Virus record (IMG/VR): IMGVR_UViG_3300025437_000010 | Location: 32,001-96,000 of that record | From: a virus | DNA length: 64,000 nt | Strand: one strand, 5' to 3' | Shown: positions 20,228-31,158 of the stretch, piece after piece | Position numbering within the stretch: position 1 is the stretch's first letter | Layout of the letters: the number at the start of each line of letters is the position of its first letter | Notes under the pieces: model-generated | What the model was told of the DNA's origin: nothing | Database searches by the model: none | Seen by the model: only the letters and a program-made list of their open reading frames with translations | Program-made: the position numbers and the translations under genes

Positions 20228-20464
20228 ATGACTAAGAATATCAAATCCAATCCCAAGGTTCAACAGATTTTTGACGATCTGGAAAAGTATCGTGAATTTT
20301 GCAGTAGCCATGGTTATATTTTTGATGAGGCAGAACTCTACAATAGCAAGAGTTTTTCGTATCGCCAGTTCCAAAGACATGTCACAGGCAAGCCCGCCAA
20401 GGATCAGTGGGAAGCCGACTACATTAGATTCAAAGAACAAGATTCTACAAATCTGTATATGTGA
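20228..20464 (+). CDS. Hypothetical protein
   Basis: AAGGA RBS and ATG. Confidence 0.6.
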   Translation: MTKNIKSNPKVQQIFDDLEKYREFCSSHGYIFDEAELYNSKSFSYRQFQRHVTGKPAKDQWEADYIRFKEQDSTNLYM

Positions 20465-20469
20465 TAATC

Positions 20470-21492
20470 ATGAGAATTGAAAACGAAATTTTGCTTGACT
20501 TCAATGACGTATTGATTCGTCCAAAACGGTCTACTCTTAATAGCCGTAAGGATGTCAACTTAGGGCGTTCATACACGTTTAAGCATAGCAAATATATTTG
20601 GTATGGCATTCCGATTATGGCTGCAAATATGGATTTTGTTGGCACTACTGAAATGGCAAAAGTATTGTCAACATTCAGTATGTTCACTTGCTTGACAAAA
20701 GATACTGCTCCACTTGGTATCTCAGATTTGAAGGGTGTCAGTACTAATTCCTACGCCATCAGTGCAGGAACAAGTGATATTGATTTCATGAGAATCAAAG
20801 AAACACTGAATGTTTTTCCAGATATCCAATTTATTTGTATTGATGTTGCTAATGGATATAGTGAGCATTTTGGTAATTTTGTTGCAAAAGTTCGCGAACT
20901 GTATCCAGATAAAACTATCATTGCCGGAAATGTCGTTACAGCAGATATGACACAGGAGTTAATTTTACGTGGTGCTGATATTATTAAGGTGGGCATTGGA
21001 CCTGGGTCTGTTTGTACTACTCGTATACAGACCGGTGTTGGTTATCCTCAACTCTCGGCCATCATTGAATGTGCTGATGCTGCTCATGGGCTGGGTGCTC
21101 ATATCATTGCTGACGGTGGTTGCACTTGTCCTGGCGACGTAGCTAAGGCATTTGGTGCAGGTGCTGACTTTGTAATGCTTGGTGGAATGTTTGCTGGACA
21201 TAAAGAAGGTGGCGGAGAAGTTGATGCAATTAACAATACCGTTACTTTTTATGGAATGAGCAGTGACACTGCCATGAAAAAACATCATGGTGGCGTTGCT
21301 GATTATCGGTCAAGTGAGGGGAGGACCGTAGAGATTCCATACAAAGGCAATGTAGCATTTACTATCCAAGACCTCCTTGGCGGGCTGCGTAGCACTTGCA
21401 CATATGTTGGTGCCTCTGAATTGAAACATTTGAGCAAATGCACAACATTTGTTCGGGTAAATAACCAATTCAATCGCGTATTCAGTAAGTAA
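20470..21492 (+). CDS. guaC: GMP reductase
   Basis: [47 protein letters not shown]. Confidence 0.93.
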   Translation: MRIENEILLDFNDVLIRPKRSTLNSRKDVNLGRSYTFKHSKYIWYGIPIMAANMDFVGTTEMAKVLSTFSMFTCLTKDTAPLGISDLKGVSTNSYAISAGTSDIDFMRIKETLNVFPDIQFICIDVANGYSEHFGNFVAKVRELYPDKTIIAGNVVTADMTQELILRGADIIKVGIGPGSVCTTRIQTGVGYPQLSAIIECADAAHGLGAHIIADGGCTCPGDVAKAFGAGADFVMLGGMFAGHKEGGGEVDAINNTVTFYGMSSDTAMKKHHGGVADYRSSEGRTVEIPYKGNVAFTIQDLLGGLRSTCTYVGASELKHLSKCTTFVRVNNQFNRVFSK

Positions 21493-21498
21493 TCAATT

Positions 21499-21852
21499 AT
21501 GACTCAGAACGAAAATATTTCCAACACTGATTATGAATTGTATACGCATTTTAATCATGGTGGTAATCAAGAGGGCATCATTCATATGGGTGGCATTGGT
21601 TACCATCATGATTTACAGGAGCGATGGCAAAAGACGATTAACTATAAATTTAATATTTTTCACATAAACGGCCCGACAATTGATTCTGATGGGCACTGTT
21701 TGTATGTGCATACGCCATACAACTATCCAAAAAGTGCCAGAGATTTATATCCTAATGCTGTTAGAATAGAGAGTTATAACGGCAACTCTGGTATTTTATA
21801 TCGCGTGTTTGAATCAGACGAAGATTTGCTTTGGAACATATTAAAAAACTAA
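21499..21852 (+). CDS. Hypothetical protein with C-terminal F-E-x-x-x-D...LK motif
   Basis: ORF ending FESDEDLLWNILKN. Confidence 0.55.
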   Translation: MTQNENISNTDYELYTHFNHGGNQEGIIHMGGIGYHHDLQERWQKTINYKFNIFHINGPTIDSDGHCLYVHTPYNYPKSARDLYPNAVRIESYNGNSGILYRVFESDEDLLWNILKN

Positions 21853-21882
21853 AATGACATGGTTTTTGATGAGGTGGGCATA

Positions 21883-22155
21883 ATGAATATACCCGATTTT
21901 ATTAATGGTAGTTTTGAAGCGTTTGGTGCGGTGGCAGCAACTATCAACATATTCACTCTTCGCAATCATAAAACTGTAAGGGGCACTTTCTGGCCCTCTA
22001 GTTTTTTTTGGGCTATTTGGGGATTTTGGAACGTGTATTTCTATTGGCATCTGCATCAATGGTTTTCATTGTTTGCGGGTGCCACTCTTGCTGTGATGAC
22101 AAGCATTTGGTTGGTGATGGCTATCTACTATGTGAGAAAAGACAATGACACTTGA
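21883..22155 (+). CDS. 3-TM PQ-loop/SemiSWEET-like membrane protein
   Basis: Three hydrophobic helices with K.V.G motif; GAGG RBS. Confidence 0.45.
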   Translation: MNIPDFINGSFEAFGAVAATINIFTLRNHKTVRGTFWPSSFFWAIWGFWNVYFYWHLHQWFSLFAGATLAVMTSIWLVMAIYYVRKDNDT

Positions 22156-22354
22156 CCTTCATGGCGTAAGGCACCAAGATGTTGATATGTTAGTGGAAAA
22201 CTTTGTTTTGATGAACCAGAACAGTTTTCCATTGACAATTGTTTGCGGAAATAGTATAAGAATGATTAATATTGCCGAAAATGTGCTAAAGCGCATCGGC
22301 TGTGAAACTACCTCTTTAAGATATGGGGTATTAACAATAAGAAAGTTTAAATAA
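22145..22354 (+). CDS. Smr-domain-like protein
   Basis: LDLHG...IVCGNS. Confidence 0.6.
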   Translation: MTLDLHGVRHQDVDMLVENFVLMNQNSFPLTIVCGNSIRMINIAENVLKRIGCETTSLRYGVLTIRKFK

Positions 22355-22801
22355 ATGTTTTATCTCGCATACGGAATGAATTCCAATACCAATCAGATGT
22401 CTAATCGTTGTCCAAAGGCAATGAGTTTTGGTAGATACGATTTGAAAGATCATCGCATTGTGTTTCGCGGAGTTGCCGATATTGAAGTCAGTGAAGGAAG
22501 TGTCGCACAATGCGTTTTGTGGGATATCACTCCGGAATGCGAGGTAGAACTGGATATTCTTGAGGGATATCCATTCTTTTATGATAAGAAATATATTACC
22601 GTTTCTGTTAATGGCAGAGAATATGAGGCCATGTTTTACCAGATGACAGAAGGTCATGTAAATTACTATCCTCCAAATACATATTATCAGCAGATGCTGG
22701 AAGAAGGTTATTCCGAACATGGTTTGGAATTGGATCAGATATATACAGCAGAAGGGTTTACTTACGATGACTTGTGGATGGAAGAATATGCGAATGGATA
22801 A
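22355..22801 (+). CDS. Gamma-glutamylcyclotransferase-family protein
   Basis: YLAYGMN...RCP...LD.LEGYP..Y. Confidence 0.85.
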   Translation: MFYLAYGMNSNTNQMSNRCPKAMSFGRYDLKDHRIVFRGVADIEVSEGSVAQCVLWDITPECEVELDILEGYPFFYDKKYITVSVNGREYEAMFYQMTEGHVNYYPPNTYYQQMLEEGYSEHGLELDQIYTAEGFTYDDLWMEEYANG

Positions 22802-22920
22802 GAAAATCAACAAAAAGGCACTATATCCGATGGTTATTGGCATGAGTATTCTTTTGCCATTAGGTTCACTGATTCCTTTGTCAATAATGGCATGGAATTA
22901 TTATCGGTCAAGAAAAGCCG

Positions 22921-23157
22921 ATGATGTGGATTATTCTTCTGATGTTTGATTTACCAACGCAAGTTGAGCTTAACTTTATTAGGCGCGCGCAAGTCGTTAT
23001 GTTTTTTTGTTTCTGGCCGCGCCGATCTAGTATCTCAAATAAATGGATATGGTTGACGAGGGGATATCGCGCTAGATCATGGTATAACCATGAGCAGTGT
23101 CCTTGTGATCATTGGTATAGTGAACAGGAATATATTATACTAAAATTAAAAGGATGA
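22921..23157 (+). CDS. Small aromatic-rich protein (F.FWPR...W.W...Y family)
   Basis: Paralogue of the 31159 and 33004 regions. Confidence 0.55.
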   Translation: MMWIILLMFDLPTQVELNFIRRAQVVMFFCFWPRRSSISNKWIWLTRGYRARSWYNHEQCPCDHWYSEQEYIILKLKG

Positions 23158-23696
23158 ATTGTGAATAATCAAGAAATAAAAAATTAAAGGGACGAAAATG
23201 TCCGAGAACGGCTGAACACCAGACTAAGATTATTGATTCCAAAAGAAAAAACGGAACACTAAATCACACGCAATCCGCTAAAGATAATATCAGAAAAGGC
23301 GTTAACAAAGTTTACCAATCGGACAATCCTCCTTGTACTATTTCATCTGGATCACCTAAGGGATATATTACGGGTAATATTAATGGAATTTTTTATCGTT
23401 CAAGTTACGAATTGAAATTCTTGGAATATTGCCATGCTAATAATATTCCTGTAGAAACAGCAAGTACCAAAGAATTTAGAGTACGTTATATAGCGGATGA
23501 CGGGAAGCAACATTATTATTATCCGGATTTCTATCTACCAGATTATGACTGTATTATTGAAATAAAACCACTTGACAGGATAACTGATTTGGTGCATACT
23601 AAAAATCACGCAGGCGCAATGGAATATAATTTCTTGTTAGTAACTGAAGAAGAACTAAACAATCTGTCTGAATTTTTCAAATATCTTAAGGAGTAA
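23154..23696 (+). pseudogene. TnsA-like PD-(D/E)xK endonuclease with an early in-frame TAA
   Basis: ATG AAT TGT GAA TAA, then an open frame containing YRSSYE, YYPDF and IEIKP. Confidence 0.55.
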
Positions 23697-23699
23697 TCC

Positions 23700-24305
23700 A
23701 TGAATATCTTTGTGATTGAGCAATGTCCCATAATATCAGCAATGGGTCTGGTAGATAAGCATGTAACTAAAATGTGCGTTGAATCGGCACAATTGCTTTC
23801 AACTGCTCATCGCGTTCTTGATGGCGTAGAAGTGACTAACATATCTCCTACTGGACGTAAGAAAAAAGAGTGGAAATTCAATGATGTTCGTGATGAGTTA
23901 CTTTACGCTAATACTCACATCAATCATCCTAGTGCTATTTGGGCGCGAGCAACTAGTGAAAACTATTTGTGGTTGTATAATCATTTTGTGGCTCTTGGTG
24001 CAGAGTATACTCATCGCTACGGGAAACAACATCTGTCCTGCATTAAACTTGAATCTATCCTCAAATCACCACCATCTAATATACCCTTTGCACCTATAAC
24101 TTTGATGCCATCTTGCATGGATGATAAGTATAAGGTCGGAGACGATCCGATAGAGAATTATCGCAACTATTACGCTGTAGGCAAGGCAAGTCTGCATCAG
24201 TGGTCTAATCGTCTCCCTCCACTGTGGATGCAGGGTGAAGTCGTTATTGTTCCTCGTGATGACGATACTGAAAGCAGCAGGATAGTGTACACAATTAAAA
24301 GGTAA
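23700..24305 (+). CDS. Pyrimidine-dimer DNA glycosylase (DenV-like family)
   Basis: MNIF...DKHVTKM..ESAQLLST...HINHPS..W...EYT.RYGK.H. Confidence 0.75.
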   Translation: MNIFVIEQCPIISAMGLVDKHVTKMCVESAQLLSTAHRVLDGVEVTNISPTGRKKKEWKFNDVRDELLYANTHINHPSAIWARATSENYLWLYNHFVALGAEYTHRYGKQHLSCIKLESILKSPPSNIPFAPITLMPSCMDDKYKVGDDPIENYRNYYAVGKASLHQWSNRLPPLWMQGEVVIVPRDDDTESSRIVYTIKR

Positions 24306-24308
24306 AAT

Positions 24309-24761
24309 ATGCTAAAGAAATTTATAAAATGGTTAACGATGGAAGATGTTCTGTCAGGGAAAGTAGTACCTGAAACCCAACTTGAATCCCCAATGCCTCC
24401 GGTAAAGGCTCCACGTAAGCCTAAAGCGGCTCCCCTAGAGTTAACACCCAAGGAGCTTGCAACATCAAAGGGTGAGCCTTATATTGCCATCCTTAGTGTA
24501 GACCTTGATCCTTCCGATATTAATAATGGGTCGTTTGATCTTGATTGGAATGACAAGTTCATAATCAATCTGATCAAACAGGGATACAAATACAGCAAGA
24601 ACGATACAGATCAAATGATCGTTGATCGTTGGTTTCAAACCGTATGTCGTAATATCGCTCTTGAAGTATATGAACAAGAAATTGCCGATCCAGACAAGCG
24701 CGATGATGTTCGCATTATTCAGCAGCGTGATTTGGGCGGTGGGTTCACCGAAGTAAGTTAA
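24309..24761 (+). CDS. Hypothetical protein
   Basis: ORF with RBS. Confidence 0.65.
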   Translation: MLKKFIKWLTMEDVLSGKVVPETQLESPMPPVKAPRKPKAAPLELTPKELATSKGEPYIAILSVDLDPSDINNGSFDLDWNDKFIINLIKQGYKYSKNDTDQMIVDRWFQTVCRNIALEVYEQEIADPDKRDDVRIIQQRDLGGGFTEVS

Positions 24762-24784
24762 ATCAATAAAGGAAAAAATATTTA

Positions 24785-25336
24785 ATGATTAAAAATGCAC
24801 TTTCTCGTCCTGAAGCACAAATGATTTTAAAGAAAGCTACGGTTGATCCATTTAAAGGAACCGTATTAGAAGGCTACAAAGCGATAGGACCAAAACAAAA
24901 GGGCGGATATGGAGAATACGTCATTTCTGATATGCTCAAAACGGATTATGGTTTTACTGTAGAAAAACCACAAAATGCAAGCCATGACCGGATTGTTCAA
25001 GGCCATAAAACTGAAATGAAGTTTTCTGTTGCGCTTACGGACCATGGAACTGGCGGATGTAAGGAAGACAGTTTCATATTTAATCATATTGCTATCTCTA
25101 AGGATTGGGATAGGATTATATTTTGCGGAATCAATTTGGAATTAGACAACTCGCATGTTGTTTGGATGTCCAAAGAAGATTTTATTGGCGCTCGTGATTC
25201 AGGAGAACTTCAAAAATATTTTACTCCCCAGCAAGGTGGTAAAAATGGCGGAAATGATGATTATATGCTCAATGGAGTTGAAACCTTTAAGCAGTTTTTA
25301 AATTCTGGATTGGCCAGAGATATCTCAACATGGTAA
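24785..25336 (+). CDS. Putative type II restriction endonuclease
   Basis: KG.YGE...HD....K.EMKFS PD-(D/E)xK pattern; overlaps the MTase. Confidence 0.55.
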   Translation: MIKNALSRPEAQMILKKATVDPFKGTVLEGYKAIGPKQKGGYGEYVISDMLKTDYGFTVEKPQNASHDRIVQGHKTEMKFSVALTDHGTGGCKEDSFIFNHIAISKDWDRIIFCGINLELDNSHVVWMSKEDFIGARDSGELQKYFTPQQGGKNGGNDDYMLNGVETFKQFLNSGLARDISTW

Positions 25337-26085
25337 ACTTTGATCTAAGACAAGGCGATTGCTTAGATATTCTAAAGACTTTAGACGAAGATTCGGTTGA
25401 TTTGCTCCTTGTTGATCTTCCGTATGGAACTACTGCCTGTAAGTGGGATAGCGTATTGCCTCTTGATGAATTGTGGAAAGAATACTACCGAGTCTGTAAA
25501 AAGTCTGCAGCGATGGTATTCACCGCTGCACAGCCATTTACCACTACACTGATAGCTTCCAATCTCAAGCACTTCAAGTATGAGTGGATTTGGGAGAAGC
25601 CGCAGGGAACAAATCCTATGTGTGCTAAGTCTATGCCTCTTAAATCACATGAAAACATTGTTGTGTTTTGTAGGCAGAAAACGATATACAATCCACAAAT
25701 GACACAGGGAACACCATACAAAGGATTTTCCAGCGATAGCTCTAAGATTGGTGAGGTATACGGCAGCGCCAATTCTGTGCATAGAGATAACCCTGATGGA
25801 ACACGTTACCCCAAAACGGTCTTGCGTTTTAAACAGGAAAAGGGATTTCATCCCACTCAAAAGCCAGTTGCTCTTATGGAATACCTAATCAACACCTACA
25901 GCAATCCGAACGATGTTGTTTTGGACAATACTATGGGTTCCGGAACAACCGGAGTTGCTTGTAAAAATCTTGGAAGAAGCTTCATCGGGATAGAGAAGGA
26001 AGAAAAGTATTTTGAGATTGCAAAATCTCGTATTTTTCCGCCGCCCGTCCTCAACTCTGAATTGTTTGATGAAAGTTCAACGTAA
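25330..26085 (+). CDS. N4-cytosine/N6-adenine DNA methyltransferase (beta class)
   Basis: GDCL, DLPYG, HPTQKP, VLDNTMGSGTT. Confidence 0.92.
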   Translation: MVNFDLRQGDCLDILKTLDEDSVDLLLVDLPYGTTACKWDSVLPLDELWKEYYRVCKKSAAMVFTAAQPFTTTLIASNLKHFKYEWIWEKPQGTNPMCAKSMPLKSHENIVVFCRQKTIYNPQMTQGTPYKGFSSDSSKIGEVYGSANSVHRDNPDGTRYPKTVLRFKQEKGFHPTQKPVALMEYLINTYSNPNDVVLDNTMGSGTTGVACKNLGRSFIGIEKEEKYFEIAKSRIFPPPVLNSELFDESST

Positions 26086-26142
26086 ATCTTGACATATAAG
26101 CATATTATGTGTATAATGTTTGTATATTAATGAAGGAATCAT

Positions 26143-27144
26143 ATGAACTACGCCCTGATCGATACTGCCAATACTTTTTTCCGTGCGCGACATGTCGCTT
26201 CTAAAAGTCATGACACGTGGGAAAAAATTGGCATGGCAATGCACCTTACGTTATCTTCGGTAAATCAGATGGTGCGTAAATTTGGTATTGATCATGTGAT
26301 TTTTTGTCTTGAAGGACGTTCTTGGCGTAAGGAATTCTACAAGCCATATAAGGCTAACCGCTCGGTTGATCCTAAAACGCTGACTCAAGCCCAAATTGAA
26401 GAAGACAAAATGTTCTGGGAAACCTACGAACATTTTGTAACTTTTCTTCGTGAAAAGACTAATGCATCTGTTCTTCGTTGCTCAACCGCCGAAGCAGATG
26501 ATTTGATTGCAAGATTCATTCATTTACATCCTCATGACCAGCATTTTATTATCTCTTCTGACACTGATTTTGTTCAATTGATCAGTGAAAACGTCCATCA
26601 ATATAATGGTGTTGCTGGGCAGTTGATCAAACTTGATGGGTATTACGATGATCGTGATCGTCCGGTAAAGGACAAAAAAACCAAGGAACATAAGTTGCTT
26701 GAGGACCCTGAGTATCTTCTGTTTAAGAAGTGTATCAGGGGAGATGCTACTGACAATGTGTTCAGTGCTTATCCCGGCGTTCGCGAGAAAGGAACTAAAA
26801 ATTCTGTTGGTATCAAAGAGGCGTTTGATGATCGGACCAAACAGGGGTTCAACTGGAATAACTTGATGCTGCAAAAGTGGGTAGATCACAATGATGTTGA
26901 ACACCGAGTCAAAGATGATTATGAACGCAATCGCACTCTGATTGACCTGACTGCGCAACCACAAGAAATTAAAGATGCAGTTGATGATATCATTCGTTCA
27001 GAAATCAGGACCACAATAACTCCTCAAGTTGGAATTCACTTGATGAAATTTTGTGGAAAGTATGAACTTAATAAAATTTCAGAATCCGCAGACATTTATG
27101 CAAAATGGCTGAATTCTCCGTATAAGGGGGTGCTTCATGGGTGA
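26143..27144 (+). CDS. 5'-3' exonuclease / T4 RNase H-like
   Basis: LIDTAN, SWRK...YKANR, EADD, SSDTDF.QL, GDATDNV. Confidence 0.9.
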   Translation: MNYALIDTANTFFRARHVASKSHDTWEKIGMAMHLTLSSVNQMVRKFGIDHVIFCLEGRSWRKEFYKPYKANRSVDPKTLTQAQIEEDKMFWETYEHFVTFLREKTNASVLRCSTAEADDLIARFIHLHPHDQHFIISSDTDFVQLISENVHQYNGVAGQLIKLDGYYDDRDRPVKDKKTKEHKLLEDPEYLLFKKCIRGDATDNVFSAYPGVREKGTKNSVGIKEAFDDRTKQGFNWNNLMLQKWVDHNDVEHRVKDDYERNRTLIDLTAQPQEIKDAVDDIIRSEIRTTITPQVGIHLMKFCGKYELNKISESADIYAKWLNSPYKGVLHG

Positions 27145-27343
27145 TTATGAACTCAATAAATGTGTTTGCGGTAAAACTCCCATTTTGTGCGAGCCTAACT
27201 ATGCAGATGACAGTGATACTATGGTAGTGTGCGAGTATTGTGACCGGCACACAGATGGTTTCATTTTCGGAGAGTATAGAGAGGGGTCTGAACTGGCAGT
27301 TGAAGCATGGAATCGCGGGGAGATTAATCAATATCATGACTAA
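27137..27343 (+). CDS. Lar-like restriction alleviation protein
   Basis: CVCG...VCEYC...AVEAWN. Confidence 0.6.
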   Translation: MGDYELNKCVCGKTPILCEPNYADDSDTMVVCEYCDRHTDGFIFGEYREGSELAVEAWNRGEINQYHD

Positions 27344-29103
27344 TTGGGTTAAAATGTCTGACTGGTTGAACGATTTCCAAAGTGGAAACAGAGGTTTTCG
27401 TCCGGGAATGGAAGTTAAACTTGTTACTAGTGTCCGACAACAAGGCAAGTCTGTAATTATGGACATACAATCCGACACGTTTACTGATTGGGAGCATGTT
27501 TTACGTCCACATTACGTAGAAATGTATAATGAATCTGATCAACTACAGTGGTACAGATATCCTAAGAAGCCAAATATGAGCGTCATATATGAAGCTACCA
27601 CAGTTGTTCGTCAGAATTCTGATGGCTCATTTGAGTACACCAAGAATCGCGCTGGCACTGGTATAAGAGTCCTTAATGAAGAGGAAGAAAAGGAATTTCT
27701 GTTTATCATTCTGAAAGCAAAACCTATGCATCTTGGGGCAAAATTTACATGACCGGATTAGTAGCAAAACCAATCATCAAGAACCAATTCTGGATTGTCA
27801 CGGACGGAGAAAAGAAAGTTGGCAACATTGAAGCCAATAATGCTGGTTACGGTGTACAGCTTAATGGTAACTTCCTTCAGTTTGATAATGCAAACGAATT
27901 GAAGAAGACGACTCAAATTCGGTTTGAGCCACTTAAGTCAAATAATACCAAAGTGGCAATGCCATATCCACAGTATCCGACGCCACCAAAGATTTATAAT
28001 TCTATCTTTGATGTTCAGCGTGGGCTTCATTTATTTACTACTTCTAAAAAGAGCAAATGTCTGCATGCCGCAGGATGGTTTGCGATAAATCAAAATGATG
28101 TTAAACAAGTAGTTTTTTGTCCAAAATATATATTCATTCAACGCTATTCTTATGATGGTCCATACAAAACCCAAGAAGAAGCACAGAGCATGATAAATAC
28201 TCAATGAACCATATTCACATCAAAAAATTTATAGATAAATTAGCAGTCATGGAGACAAAACAATCACGAGATGTTGTTTTATCTGCTGCTGATGCTCGTG
28301 GATTACGCGATGAGATTTCAAAATTATTGTCAGATTTGTATGAGTTGAGTAATGCAAGGACGAACGAAAAATTAAATGAAGTGATACAGGTAGAAATTAA
28401 AGGCGGTTCGTTTAAATGAGCAGAACACAACCAAAAATTTTATTGGAACATGTAGATAAAAAAACATATAAAAATGATCAGATCGTAGAAGCTGCCGGAA
28501 TATGGGCTGTATTTTATGATGATCAGCCCATCAATCTCAAATCGTCACATTATCTTGCAAACGATGCTGCTCCGAAATACAAGAAAACCAGTTTTTCTAA
28601 TCCCGGACATGCTCGTAATTTATGTCGCAAATTAAATGCACAGTTTCATACTGATAAGTTTACTGTTGTTTTCCTAAATTCTGGTCGCACCGTATATCCA
28701 GATGACTTATCATAAAACTAAGAAAGAGATAACAGAAAAAATCCTTTCAGAATTTTCTGATGTTGAAGAAAATATCTGGGGTGAGTTACCAATTGATAAG
28801 CTCATATTTCGTTGGTGGACTACGGGTAGAGGTGGAAGTGGTCTCAGGCTGTCAGAAGAAGGTATGAGAGCCTTTGAAATTGCTAAAATAGCCCACTATG
28901 AATTTCCTTTGGGCGACCTTGATAGAAAAATATGGGATTCTTTTATAAAAGATTTAACAAAAAAGCTTGACTGTCCCTACTATCTTGGTGTATACAGAGA
29001 AGGTGATAGTAAGGGTCCCTATATCAGAATATATGACCATAAGATCGCAATGATGTTGACACTCTACGGAAATCTGAAAGAATATTTAGAATCTCGTAAG
29101 TAA
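27336..29103 (+). CDS. Five overlapping hypothetical ORFs (27336-27752, 27749-28207, 28204-28419, 28416-28715, 28702-29103)
   Basis: Overlapping start/stop junctions, mostly ATGA. Confidence 0.6.
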
Positions 29104-29176
29104 CTTGTGTTTTTGTGTAGCATCATAATATAAATATGACCGTGGGTTTTCCACTACAACCAAAAGGGAAAGTAAA

Positions 29177-29302
29177 ATGAGTAATTACTCAAATGCATCA
29201 TATTTGACCAAAACTCCTATGGTAATCAAGGTTTCCAGAGTAGCAGGTCTAATTATTGTAAGTTTGTGCTTGGCAACACTGTACAACGTTTTAGGTCTAT
29301 AA
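29177..29302 (+). CDS. 41-aa single-TM peptide
   Basis: TATAAATA at 29129, AAGGG RBS; MSNYSNASYLTKTPMVIKVSRVAGLIIVSLCLATLYNVLGL. Confidence 0.55.
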   Translation: MSNYSNASYLTKTPMVIKVSRVAGLIIVSLCLATLYNVLGL

Positions 29303-29313
29303 GGAAGTTAGAT

Positions 29314-29376
29314 ATGTTTCCATATACAGAAGAAGAATGGGAATATATTTCTAAAGTCAAAATCATGAGTTTGTAA
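29314..29376 (+). CDS. 20-aa peptide MFPYTEEEWEYISKVKIMSL
   Basis: AAGGA RBS; lies before a terminator. Confidence 0.45.
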   Translation: MFPYTEEEWEYISKVKIMSL

Positions 29377-29410
29377 CAATCTAACTGGGACAAAATTTTT
29401 AATATTCCAG

Positions 29411-29447
29411 CAACGATTGCCCGAAGGAAACTTCGGGCATTTTGTTG
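29411..29447 (+). terminator. Rho-independent terminator
   Basis: TGCCCGAAG-GAAA-CTTCGGGCA followed by TTTTGTT. Confidence 0.8.
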
Positions 29448-29500
29448 TTGACAGGATATATAAATGTGGGTATAAGTAAAGCATTCAACGGAGAAGTGTC

Positions 29501-29650
29501 ATGAAGAAGGAAGTAATTCAATTTCAGGCGGGTCGTCCCAAAACTCGTGCACACCATGTGTTGTACGGTGATACTCCGTTTAAGCCTAAAATCGTTGAAA
29601 ACAAGACGCGCTACAAGCGTAAGCCTAAACATCCGAAAGGGGATTGGTAA
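29501..29650 (+). CDS. ArfA-like basic peptide (49 aa)
   Basis: Promoter at 29448 and GGAG RBS; PFKPKIVENKTRYKRKPKH resembles ArfA LF.QR.......Y.RK.KH. Confidence 0.5.
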   Translation: MKKEVIQFQAGRPKTRAHHVLYGDTPFKPKIVENKTRYKRKPKHPKGDW

Positions 29651-29651
29651 C

Positions 29652-30360
29652 ATGAAAGATAAAATCATCAAATTTAAAATTTTGATCCTCGGGGCAGCAC
29701 TTATTGCCGCAATTATTTCGTGTTACGTTATATACAAATATGTCATATACAAACCGTTGATTAATGATCATATTCCAAAACAAATTGATAAGTGCAGTGA
29801 TCAAACAGTAGTTGCCGTGGTTTATTCTCTTCGCACAGACCCGCAATCATGGACATCTGATTCATATAATTTGAGTTATGGAAATGCCGTTAAGATATGG
29901 GTGGCAAACGAAGATTATGGGCTTAATATCGGTCTTGGCAGTGATATATCCAATGGTGCGAAATATGATATGTCTGATGAATGCCGCGCTTTGTTGTATT
30001 CTGCAACGCAGGATTGGCGCACAAATTACGTCACCACAAAATTGAAGGAAGAGTAACATGCCCTACGGCATTGAAGACGCTATTCAAGATGAAATTGTGC
30101 TGCTTGATGATCTGATTATATGGGCAACCAAAAATGATAAGATTTTTTTGGAAAAAATTTACACCGTCAAGCGCCAAAGTCTAAATCATATTATTGAACG
30201 AATGAAAGGATATGATTTTAAGCTGTCTGTTAATAATGACGGAAAGGTGTTTGTTGGAGGATCACAATCTAACCGCAAAACTCTTGAAGAAGAATATCCT
30301 GCTTTGAAAAAAGTAGCAGAAGAATATGATATTATAAAAAATCTCGTAAAAAGCAGTTGA
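29652..30360 (+). CDS. Two hypothetical ORFs (29652-30056 membrane-anchored; 30058-30360)
   Basis: ORFs with RBS; N-terminal TM in the first. Confidence 0.55.
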
Positions 30361-30416
30361 CAGCCGGGTCATACAAAGCTATGCATTGCTCATAGGTTCT
30401 AATAAAGGATTTCAAA

Positions 30417-31082
30417 ATGGGTTCTTATCGCAATAACTATGCTCGCAAGGTCGCTGATACTGCTCGCTTCAACACTCGCGAAGCGTTTGCTGCTGCATGT
30501 GCTGCTCAGCGCGTTAACGGTGACTATCTCAAGCTTTCCGAAACCGATCATCAAGGTGATCGGGTGCGTATCGCCAATAAGCATCTTACTCGCGATTTTA
30601 TTGACAGTAAGTTTGACATTCGCGAAGAAGACCGTGCGCAAGCCGAAAACGTGATTCTCCATTTTCAGGGGCTGACTTTCAAAATTCTTCAAGGCAAGGT
30701 CCTCAGTGATTTTGAGACTAAGGCCATGGAATGCGCAACTTGCGAAGAAGTTGGTGTTTTTGAACTCGCTGTGATTTCTTCACTTCCTTCTTGTTACATT
30801 CGCGCCAAGGCTCGTCAAGACACTGATTCTCGTCTTCGTGACACTGACGGTTATATCGGTAACGTTGGTGATAAGGTTGATATTTACGATTTTGAAATTG
30901 TGCGCTGCCGCTATTCTGAAAATTGGAACACCTACTTTGTTACGGGTATCACACCCGATAATAAGGCGGTGTTCTTTTCCTACCGCAACAATATTGATGT
31001 TGGGGCCATCGTCAACCTGTCTGGTAAGGTCAAGGCACACAAAGAAAATCAGACACAACTTAATTATGTAAAGGGCATTTGA
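30417..31082 (+). CDS. Early protein with C-terminal OB-fold-like domain
   Basis: Promoter at 30357; YIGNVGDK...GKVKAH...QTQLNYVK. Confidence 0.55.
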   Translation: MGSYRNNYARKVADTARFNTREAFAAACAAQRVNGDYLKLSETDHQGDRVRIANKHLTRDFIDSKFDIREEDRAQAENVILHFQGLTFKILQGKVLSDFETKAMECATCEEVGVFELAVISSLPSCYIRAKARQDTDSRLRDTDGYIGNVGDKVDIYDFEIVRCRYSENWNTYFVTGITPDNKAVFFSYRNNIDVGAIVNLSGKVKAHKENQTQLNYVKGI

Positions 31083-31158
31083 TGTGACCTTCGGAGCACG
31101 TAATGCCTTCATTAAAGAGATATGCAATGCTGGCATTGGTGACTCCGAGAAGACATAT

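Noticed and set aside
29547-29651. N-terminal extension of the 29547..30056 ORF
   Set aside because: It overlaps the ArfA-like ORF; ATG 29652 has its own RBS.
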